Shown piece after piece: positions 53,105-64,000 of a stretch of 64,000 bases of DNA. The position numbers were made by a program, and so were the translations under genes. Each line of letters starts with the position of its first letter. Positions within the stretch are counted from its first letter, which is position 1. The notes beneath the pieces were generated by a model. The model made no database searches, was not told where the DNA came from, and was given only the letters and a program-made list of their open reading frames with translations. This DNA comes from the human T2T-CHM13v2.0 reference genome, Homo sapiens. The stretch lies in assembly GCF_009914755.1 (NCBI RefSeq), contig NC_060947.1; one strand, 5' to 3'.

Positions 53105-55960
53105 TATATTTAAATTTGTTTTCTTTTTAATTTTAAGTTCCCAGGTACACATTCAGGATGTGCAGGTTTGTTACATACGTAAACATGTGCCATGGTGATT
53201 TGCTGCACTTATGAATCCATCATCTTGTTATTAAGCCTGGCATGAATTAGCTATTTTTTCTGATGCTCTTCCCCCTACCTTCCCTCAACTGGCCTCAGTT
53301 TGTGTTGTTCCCCTCCCTGTGTCCATATGTTCTCATTGTTCAGCTCCCACTTATAAGTGAGAACATGCAGTGTTTAGTTTTCTGTTCCTGCATTAGCTTA
53401 CTGACGATAAGGGCTTCCAGTTCCATCCATTTCCCTGAAAAGGACATGATCTCATTCCTTCTTGTGGCTGCATAGTATTCCATTGTGTATATGTACCACA
53501 TTTTCTTTATCCATTCTATCATTGATGGACATTTGGGTTGATTCCATGTCTTTGCTATTGTGAATATGCTGCAATGAACATACATGTGAATGTACCTTTA
53601 TAACAGAATAATTTACATTCCTTTGGGTATATACCCAGTAATGGGGTTACTGGGTCAAATGGTATTTTTGATTCTAAATCTTTGAGGAATTGCCACACCA
53701 TCTTCCACAGTGGTTGCACTAATTTACATTCCCACTAACAGTGTAAGAGCATTCCTATTTCCCTGCAACCTCGCCAGCATCTGTTGCTTCCTGACTGTTT
53801 AATAATCGTGATTCTGACTAGCATGAAATGACATTTCATTGTGGTTTTAATTTGCATTTTTCTAATGATCAGTGAAGTGGAGCTTTTTTTCATGTATTTG
53901 TTGGTCACATAAATGTCTTCCTTTGAGAAGTGTCCATTCATGTCTTTTGCCCACTTTTTAGTGGAGTTTTTTTTTTTTTTTTTGTAAATTTGCTAAAGTT
54001 TCCTGTAGATTCTGGATATTATACCTTTGTCAGATAGATAGACTGAAAAAATTTTCTTCCATTCTGTAGGTTGTCTGTTCTCTCTGATGATAGTTTCTTT
54101 TGCTGCACAGAAGATCTTTAGTTTAATTAGATCCCATTTGTCAATTTGTGCTTTTGTTGCAATTGCTTTTGGTAATTTCTTCATAAAATCTTTGCCCGTG
54201 CCTATGTCCTGAATGATATTGACTATATTTCCTTCCAGGGTTTTATAATTTTGGGTATTACATTTAAGTCTTTAATCTACCTTGATTTAGTATTTCTATA
54301 AGTTGTGAGGAAGGGGTCCAGTTTCAATTTTCTGCATATGGCTAGCCAGTTTTCTTAGCACTATTTATCTATTTATTAAATAGGGAATCTCTTCCCCATT
54401 GCTGGTTTTTGTCAGCTTTTTTGAAGCTCATATGGTTGTAGATGTGTGGTTTTATTTCTGAGTTCTCTATTCTGTTCCATTGGTCTATATACTTGTTTTT
54501 GTACCAGTACCATGCTGTTTTGGTTACTGTAGCCTTGTAGTATAGTTTGAAGTCAGGTAGTGTGATACCTCCAGCTTTATTCTTTTTGCCTAGGATTGTT
54601 GTGGCTATATGGGCTCCTTTTTTTTTTTTTTTTTTGGTTCCATATGAATTTTAAGATAGTTTTTTCTAACATTTTGAAGAATTTCAATGGTAGTTTAATG
54701 GAAATAGCATTGAATATATAAATTGCTTTGGGCAGTATGGCCATTTTCACAATATCGATTCTTCCTATCTATGAACATGGAATGTTTTTTCACCTTTTTG
54801 TTTCCTTTCTGATTTCTTGAGCAGTGGTTTGTAGTTCTTCTTGAAGAGTTCCTTCACTTCCCTTGTTAGCTATATTCCTAGATATTTTATTTTCTTTGTG
54901 GCAATTGTAAATGAAAGTTTATTCTCAATTTGTCTGCTTGTCTGTTGTTAATGTATAGAAATGTTTGTGATTCCTGAACATTGATTTTGTATCCTGAGAC
55001 TTTGCTGAATTTGCTTATCAGCTCTTGAAGAATGACAGTGGATTATTATAAGCTTAACCAAGTGGTAACTCAGATTGCAGCTGCTGTACCAGATGTGGTT
55101 TCATTGCTTGAGCAAATTAACACATCTCCTGATATCTGGTATGCAGCCATTGACTTGGCAAATGCCTATTTCTCTATTCTTGCCCATAAGGCCCACCAGA
55201 AACAATTTGCCTTCAGCTGACAAGGCCAGCAATGTACATTTACTGTCTTACCTCAGGGGTATATCGACTCTCCAGATTTGTGTCATAATCTTATTCAGAG
55301 AAATCTTGATCACTTTTTGCTTCCACAAGATTTCACACTGGCCCATTACATTGATGACATTATGCTGATTGGATCCAGTGAGCAAGAAGTAGCAAACACA
55401 CTGGACTTATTGGTGAGGTATTTGCATTGCCAGAGAATGGGAAACAAATCCAACTAAAATTCAGGGGAACTTCTACCTCAGTAAAATTTCTGGGGGTTTA
55501 GTGGTGTGGGGCTTGCTGAGATATTTCTTCTAAGGTGAAGAATAAATTGCTGCATTTGGCCCCTCCTAGAACCAAGAAAGGGGCACTATCTAATCAGCTG
55601 CCAGTGCAGCTAGAATATAAGCAGGCAGGAAAATGTGAAAAGAGAGACTGGCTTAGCCTCCCAGCCTACATCTTTCTCCAGTGCTGGATGCTTCCTGCCC
55701 TCAAACATTGGACTCTAATTTTTTCAGTTTTGGAACTCGGACTGGCTCACCTTGCTCCTCAGCCTGCAGATGGTCTGTTGTGGGACCTTGTGATAATGTA
55801 AGATATATATATATATATATATTCCATTAGTTCTGTCCCTCTAGAGAACCCTAGATGATGTATTAGAGAACCCTAATACATCAGCTTAAGAAGCTTTTGG
55901 GCTGAGTTGATGGGGTTTTCTAGGTATAGAATCATTTCATCTACAAAAAAGACAATTTGA
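53105..55960 (-). mobile_element. 5'-truncated L1PA (PA8-11-like), interrupted by HERV-L
   Basis: 3' UTR and ORF2 C-terminal peptides; L1 sequence resumes at 55881 TCAGCTTAAGAAGCTTTTGGGCTGAG. Confidence 0.9.
55023..55880 (+). mobile_element. Deleted HERV-L: RT fragment (55023-55585) fused to partial MLT2A LTR (55582-55880)
   Basis: [12 protein letters not shown]...[10 protein letters not shown] and HYIDDIML; LTR end CCCTAATACA; flanking TCAGC duplication. Confidence 0.9.
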
Positions 55961-55981
55961 ATTTTAAGTATAAAAGAACCA

Positions 55982-56090
55982 GTGACTGAACACAGTGGCT
56001 CATGTTTGTAATCTCAGCATTTTGGGAAGCCAAGGCAGTAGGATTGCTTGAGGCCAAGAGTTCAAAATTAGCATAAAAAATAAACAAATA
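55982..56090 (+). mobile_element. FLAM/Alu monomer
   Basis: GTGGCTCATGTTTGTAATCTCAGC...GGATTGCTTGAGGCCAAGAGTTCAA. Confidence 0.75.
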
Positions 56091-57596
56091 AGCCAAAACC
56101 TGAAAAAGTATAACTTTTTCAACCTGTTTATATTGCAAAAAGTGAGAAAGCATGTTTTAAAATATGTTATAGAGCATTGAGGATGTGACAAAGCAAACAT
56201 TTGATAAGGAGATTGAGATAGATGGATGTGAATCATGGAATTAATCAACCACCCCAGCAGGAAAACTGCCAGTTTGAAGCACAGACTCAATCAGTCAACT
56301 AAAAATACCCAGGAATAGATATCTGATTATACCAGCAGAATCACTGCCAGCTGGAAATAAAAAATTAAAAAAAGAGAAAATGTGATAAAATTAAAAAGGC
56401 TGAAACTGTGTGCTAACTTTCAAGAAAAAGAGGACCTTAAAGGTAATTCAATGATCTGTAAGGCAGACAGTGCCCAACGAAGCTAAGGGAGCAGGGACAT
56501 TCCATGCCATAGGGATAGTGCCATCCAGTAGAGCCTGTGGAGGCAATTTCTGCATGGCAGAGTGTCAGCATAGGCAGAGCCCTGGCAGAAAGCCCCATCA
56601 TGGCCATAGGTCAGGCACTGCAAACAGCCATGACATAGGCATTGCCCCGCTGAGCCGTGAGGGTGACATTGCTACCTAGTGGGTCCAGAAGGCAGAGCAT
56701 TGGGACAAAAAAAAAATTTTTCTCCACCCTTAAGATTTTACAGAGTTTGCCTAGTTAGGTTTTGGATGTGCTTGGAACTATAATCTTTTTTCTTCTTTCC
56801 TGTTTTTCCTTTTTGGAATGAGAATGTCTATTCCATGCCTCTCCCACCATTGATTTAGAAGCATATAACTTCTTTAGTTTGACAGACTTACAGCTAGAGA
56901 GGAATTTTGTCTAAGGATGAAAGTCTTACTCACATCTGATTTAGATGATATGATATTTACATGAAGTTAAGAACTTTAGATTTTAGAATTGATTCTGGAA
57001 TGAGTTAAGAGTTTTAGAAATGTTAGAATGAAAGGAATTAATTTGGCCTGTGATAAAAACAAGCATTTGGTGGGGGGCAGGGGAAGAATGCCGTGGACTA
57101 AATGTTGTTTTTCTCACAAAATTTATGTTAAAACCCTTAGCCCCAATGTGAATAGAAGAAGAGCCTTTGGGAGTTAACTAGGTTGTGAAAGTGAAGCTCT
57201 TATGGGTGGGAATAGTCCCTTTAAAAGAAGAGGCATGAGAGAGTTTTCTCTCCCTCTCTCTCAGCCATCATTTTGATCGGGATTGTGTTGAATTTGTACA
57301 TCAGCTTTGGATACTCTACACATATTAACAATATTGTTTTTGAATTTATGAAAACAGGATTTCTTTCCATTTATTAATATATTAATTTCTTTCATCAATT
57401 TTTTTCATTTATACTATAAAAATGTTTTGCCTCCTTGACTAAGTTATTTCTAAGTATTTATTCCCTTTGATGTTATTGTAAAATTGTTTTTTAATTTTTA
57501 TTTCAAATTTTTCAATGTTAGTATATAGAAAGGCAATTAATTTTTTGTTGATTTTGTATCCTGCAGCTTTTCTAAATTTATTATTTAAAAAAAATT

Positions 57597-57620
57597 GTGT
57601 GTGTGTGTGTGTGTGTGTGT
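57597..57620. repeat. (TG)n microsatellite
   Basis: Direct reading. Confidence 0.95.
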
Positions 57621-58653
57621 AGTCTTTTCCAGTCACAATACAATGAATAGAAGTCAACAACTGATTGTAACTGGAAAATGTATGTTGTATGACTTAAATG
57701 TTTTTAAATTTATTGAGACTATTTTGGGGGGCCTAAATATATGGCCTCTCCTTGAAAACAATCAATGTGTATGTGAAAAAAAATGTACTTTGCTGTTGTT
57801 GAGTGGAGTGCTCTCTATATGTCTATTAGGTCTAAATGTTCAAGGTATTTTTTAAGTACCCTTTTACTTTATTGATTTTCTGCCTGGTTTTGCTGTCTAT
57901 TTTTGGAAGTAGGGTACTAAAGTCTCCTCATATTATTGTAGAGTTGCCTATTTTTCTCTTCAATTTTGTTAAGAATTGCTTCTTATATTTTGGAGCTCTG
58001 ATGTATATAGCACATGTATGTTTATAATTGTTATATCTTCCTTGTGAATTGGTTTTTATATCATTAAATAATGTTACCTTTTTCCCTCTTGTAGTAGTTT
58101 TTTTTTAATTTAAAGTTATTTTGGCTGAAATTGGTATAGCCACCCCTACTCTCTTCTTGTTCCTTTGTATTTTCCATCTTGTTTTTCAACACTTGTATTT
58201 CTTTACATCTAAACTGTCTCTAGTAGACAGCAAGTAGTTTGATCTTATTTTTATCCATTCTGTATTCAGATTGAAGACTATATTTTATATGCCTTTAGGA
58301 TAATTATTGACAGGGGAGCACTATCAATACTTTCCATTTTGTAATTTGATTTGTGTGTGTGTGTTATAGATATTTGTCTTTATTCCTGTATTACTGACCT
58401 CCCTTGTGTATAGTTTATTTTATGTGAATACATTTTGAATCCCTTCTTATTTCCTTTTGTGTATATTTTGTAGCTATTTTCTCTTTGGTTACCCAAAAAA
58501 CATGGTTCTTTGGTTACCATGTGAGTAATATAGAAAACATCATAAGGCTATAAAAATCCATCCTAAATTGATACCATCTTAACTTCAATTGCATATAAAA
58601 CTTCATTGCAGCTTACCACCTTTCCCAGTTTACGTTACTAATGTCATAAATTA

Positions 58654-59048
58654 TAATTGACACTTGAACAATATAAGAGATAAGAATGCCAAGTCCCTAC
58701 AAGTTGAAAATCTGCATATAACTTTCTATTCCCCCAAACTTCACTACTAATTGCCTACTGTTGGACAGAAACCTTACTGATAACATAGTCGTTTAACACA
58801 TGTTCTGTATTTTATATGTATTATGTTCTGTAAGTAAGCTAGAGAATGTATTTTATTAAGAATATCATAAGGAAGAGAAAATATACTTACTATTCATTAA
58901 GTAGGTTTAAATCATCACAAAGGTCTTCATCCTCATCATTTCATGTTCAGTCCTGAACATGTTGCTGTCTCAGCAGTGGCAGAGGCAGAAGAAAATACAT
59001 GTATAAGTGGACTCACAATTTAAACACATGTTGTCCAAGGCTAAACTG
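58654..59048 (+). mobile_element. Tigger2a (MER28) DNA transposon
   Basis: TIRs TAATTGACACTTGAACAA / TTGTCCAAGGCTAAACTG; TA TSDs. Confidence 0.85.
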
Positions 59049-59447
59049 TATATCTTTATATGTTATGTAACCATTACCATTATCATATAAAGATTTTAGA
59101 TTTATAATCTTTATTCATTTATAATTTAAATCCTACAGATAATATGTGGTGATACAAGTAAAAATTAAAATAATAATAATATTTATATTTGTTATATGTT
59201 CATCTATTTACCTATTTTATTACTCTGTTTTGTACTGACATAACAGAGTACCTAATACTGGGTAATTTATAATGAACAAAGATTTATTTCTTATAGTTCT
59301 GGAGATTGGAAAGTTTAAGATTGAGGGGCTTGCATTTGTCAAGGACCTTCTTTCTGCATCACCCCATGGGAGAAAGCAGGCAGGAAACAGAGCACATCTT
59401 CTAGACAAAGCAATAGAGTGCAAAACTCATTTTTAAAAGATACACAC

Positions 59448-60131
<684 letters not shown>

Positions 60132-60791
60132 CTATTCATGAGGACAGAGTCCTCATAACCTAGTCTCCTCTTAAAGGTTCCAATTCTCAAAATTCTTGCA
60201 TTAAAGGTTACGTTTCTAACACATGAATTTTTGGGGACACAGTCAAACCATATCACCTTCTCTGGAGATGTTTATATTTTTTCTTATGGCTTTGAGTGAT
60301 TGTCTAGGATTCTACTTGAAGGACTCCATTTAATATTTCTTGCAGGGAAGGTCCAGGGGTGGTAAGCTACTTCAGCTTTTGTTTGTATGAAAATGTCCTG
60401 ACTACTCATCTATTTTAGAAATATAGTTTTGCCAGGTATAGAATTCCTGATTGGCAGTTCTTTTCTTCAATCTCTTTAAATGTATCATGCCATTATTTCT
60501 GTTCTCCAAGATGTCTGATAAGAAATTCACTAGGATAGTCATATTAAGAGCTCTTGCATATGATGGGTCCATTTTACCTTGCTGTTTTCAATGTCCTTTT
60601 CCTGTCTTTGCATTTCAGCAGTTAGATTTTAATGTGTCTTAGGGTCTACGATTTTGTCCTACTTGGAATTCATTGAGCTTCTTGTAATTGTATATTTATA
60701 TCTTTTTCAAATTTGGGAAGTTTCCATACTTATTTCTTCAAATAATTTTTCTGTTTTTTTTTTTTCTTTCTCTTCACCTCCTGCAAGTTCC

Positions 60792-61200
60792 TGATGTAGT
60801 CTGCATGCTCATCACCTCTGAATCCCATGTTGAAATGTGATCCCTAATGTAGGAGATAGGGCATAGTGGGGAAGGTTTGGGTCATGGAGGTAAGTTTCTC
60901 ATGAATGGTTTGGTGCCCTACTCACAGTAATGAGTGAATTCTCACTCTATTATGTCATGTGAAAGCTGGTTGCTGAAATAGCCTGGTACTTCCTCCCTTC
61001 CTCTCTCACCATGTGACATGCTAGCTCTCCTTACACCTCCTGCCATGATAGTAAGCTTCCTGAAGCCCTCACCAGAAGCAAATGCCAGCACTATGCTTCT
61101 TGTGTAGTCTGCAGAATAGTCAGCCAAAATAAACCTTTTTTCTTTATAAATAACCCAGCATTAGATATTAATTTACAGCAATGTAAAATAGACTGACATA
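60792..61200 (+). mobile_element. MSTB-like solo LTR
   Basis: TGATGTAG...CATGTTGAAATGTGATCCC; AATAAACC...TAGACTGACATA end. Confidence 0.85.
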
Positions 61201-62340
61201 CTACCACAAGATATATTTTGATCTGCTTGGTGATGTTTTACCTCTCTCTTCCCTCCTATTCACTTTTCTTTACTTTTTTCTTACTTCTCATACTCAATAA
61301 TTTCTAAAGACTATCGTTCAAGTTTTATGATTGTTTCTTTTCCCTGTCTGAGTTTGCTGCTTAAACCCCCTAGTGAATTTTATAATTGAGTTCGTGCCTT
61401 TTGCAGCTCCAGAGATAGTTAGGTTTTTTAAATAATTTCTATCACATTGTGAATATTTTTCATACATAGTTTCTAATTTCTTTTTATGTTTAGCTTATGT
61501 TTCATTTTAACTATTTGAGTATATTAAGAAAGTGGTTTTAAAGTTTGGTTTTTTAATTCCAATTCATGTCTTCTTTTAGGGAAGCTGCCTTTTTTAGTTT
61601 ATGTTGCTCCTTTAAATGGGTCATGTTTCCATCTTCTACCTGTAATGTCTTGCCTTCAGGCGTATGTGGATTTGCAATTCCCCTGCAGGTTTTACGTGCC
61701 ATGGAACTGGCCCTGCCTTTTGAAGCTTCTGTCGACTGAAGATAGAATTTATACTTATGTTCTTCATATGATCTTTGATGGAGATCATATTCCCATAATA
61801 TATCAGAGTAATGCAGAGAATAATCTTTTAGGTAGCCCATAGATGAGTCAGAATGTTGCAAACATGTTCTACTCTACTACTTCTGCCTAACCAAAGGAAC
61901 ACATGATTGCCTCATTTTCTCCTGATTACACTACTATGCCAGGGACGAGATGAAGCAAGAGTGAATAAAAATACCACAGAATTTTCTAACATATTGAATG
62001 TGTCTCTTTCTTGGCTGTGCATCCAATTGGTGGCTATCATTCTTTAACTGGTTTCAGAATTTCTATACTATTTATTTAGTCAGTCTATAGCTGTTTTCTT
62101 AATGTTTTCATGGGGGAATGATGAACTGTGACTTCCTAGACTGTACCTTTTAGACATCACTCTCAAAGGCATATTTTAAGATCTAAAAAGTGCTTAGCAT
62201 GACTCTCATCTTTTCAAATACATTGAATATATTAACTTAAGGCAAAAAATTAACATATTTAGAAAAGGTTAAAAAAGGAGAAAATATGAGAGCATGCTCA
62301 AGTAACTTACTACTATGCAGACATCTGGAATTTTAAAATA

Positions 62341-62404
62341 GTGATCCTCCCGCCTTGGTATCCCAAAGTCCTGGGATTACAGGAGTGAGCCACCACACCA
62401 GGCC
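62341..62404 (-). mobile_element. Alu 5' fragment
   Basis: GTGATCCTCCCGCCTTGG..CCCAAAGT.CTGGGATTACAGG. Confidence 0.8.
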
Positions 62405-64000
62405 TAAATTTTTAATGTGGTTGTTTGGTTTTATGCTTGTTAATTTGCTTTACTTTCTTATAGATGCTAAATGTTAGGCCTTTGTCAGTTGCATAGTTTA
62501 CAAAAATTTTCTCTCATTCTGTAGGTTGTCTGTTTACTCTGTTGATTATTTTGCTATGCAGAAGCTCTTTAATTAGGTCCCATTTGTCATTTTTTGTTGT
62601 TGTTGCAATTGCTTTTCATGTCCTTGTTATGAAATCTTTGCTGGGTCCTATGTCCAAAATGATATTTCCTAAGTTATCTTCCAGGGTTTTTAAATTTTTA
62701 GGTTTTACATTTAAATATGTAATCCATTTTCAGTTGATTTTTCTATATGGTGTAAGGAAGGAGGTCCTGTTTCAGTTTTCCACACATTGCTAGCTAGTTT
62801 ATCCCAGCACGATTTATTGAATAGAAGTCCTTTTTCCATTGCTTAATTTTGAAACTTTCTCAAAGATCAGATGGTTGTAGTTGTATAGCATTATTTGTGG
62901 GTTGTCTATTCTTTTATTGATCTATGTATCTGTTTTTATATCAGAAGTATGCTGTTTTGATTACTGTAGCCTTGCAATATTGTTTGAAGTCAGGTAATGT
63001 GACACATCCAGCTTTGTTCTTTTTGCTTAGGATTGCTGTGTCTATTTGGGCTTTTTTGTGGTTCCACAGGAATTTTTTTAAGTTTTTTTTTTTTTAAATT
63101 CTGTGAAGAATGCAATTTGTAGTTTGAAAAAAATACTATTGAATCTGTAAATTGCTTTGTGCAGTAAAGCCATTTTAACAATATTGATTCTGTCTTTTAT
63201 GAACATGAAATGTCTTTCCATTCATTTGTGACATCTCTGATTTTTTGAGCAGTATTATGTAATTTTCATTGTGGGGATCTGTTACTTCTCTGATTAGCTG
63301 TATTCCTAGGTATTTTATTTTTCTCATTGTGAATGGGATTGCATTCTTCATTTGGCTCTCAGCTTGGATGTTGGTGTTATATAGAAATGCAACTGATTTT
63401 CATACATTGCCCTTGTATCATTTAACTTTGCTTACATTGTTTATCACATCAAGAAACTTTTGGGCAGAGGCTATGGGGTTTTCTAGGTATAGAATAATAT
63501 AATCTAAAAAAAAGGATAGTTGGACTTCCTTTCTTTCTATTTTGATGCCTATTATTTCTTTCTCTTATCTAATTGCTCTGGCTAGGACTTCCAGTAAAAT
63601 GTTTGAGTGGTGAGAGAGAGCATTAATGTCTTGGCCTGCTTCTCAAGGGAATGTTTCCAGCTTTTGTCCCTTCAATGTGATGTTGGCCATGGATTTATCA
63701 TAGATAAATTTTATTATTTTGAAGTATGTTCTTTTAATTATTTTGAAGTAAAGTTTCTAGTTTTTTGAAGATTTTTAACAAGCAAGGAGTTGAATTTTAT
63801 CTAAAACCTTTTCTGAATCTATTGAGATGATCATGTAGTCTTTGTTTTTCGTTCTGCTTATGGGATGAATTAAATTTATTTATTTACATATGTTAAACCA
63901 ACCTTGCATCTCAGGGGTAAAAACCAACTTGATTATGGTGGATAAACTTTTTGATGTGCTGTTTAGTTTGGTTTGCTAGTAATTTGATAAATATTTTTGC
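62405..64000 (-). mobile_element. L1PB/late L1PA ORF2 fragment, continuing past the window end
   Basis: Reverse-complement ORF2 RT/C-terminal sequence with many stops. Confidence 0.85.

Larger units (their letters stand above)
52192..57265 (+). mobile_element. MLT1A/MST-type MaLR provirus (5' LTR 52192-52591, internal, partial 3' LTR 57088-57265), interrupted by L1PA and a FLAM
   Basis: LTR end TTGTTATAGCAGTCCAACAGACTAAGACA followed by GAAATTGG; PPT GGGGGGCAGGGGAAGAA before the second LTR. Confidence 0.8.

Overview
Primate (human-like) genomic DNA: AT-rich, made almost entirely of transposable elements, and with no recognisable cellular protein-coding gene. Main elements are a THE1 provirus interrupted by an LTR12 solo LTR, a 5'-truncated L1PA4/5-like element, and a complete ~5.8-kb minus-strand HERV-H provirus (LTR7up-like LTRs, tRNA-His PBS, intact splice donor, two gag zinc knuckles). 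There are also LTR2, MER4, MER34, MER57 and MER54-type ERV pieces, one with an env TM/ISD remnant. An old L1 5' end carries a ~268-bp monomer array. A deep nest (L1M > MaLR > L1PA > deleted HERV-L) and an AluY inside an AluY occupy the last 12 kb. ORF-track entries are TE remnants or chance frames. I see no evidence of a wholly new biological system. The best leads are a possible HERV-H/LTR7-driven spliced lncRNA converging on an LTR12 promoter, an ESRG-like reading frame in the HERV-H leader, and an oddly structured HERV-L insertion. Subfamily names come from remembered consensus sequences and need RepeatMasker/Dfam confirmation.
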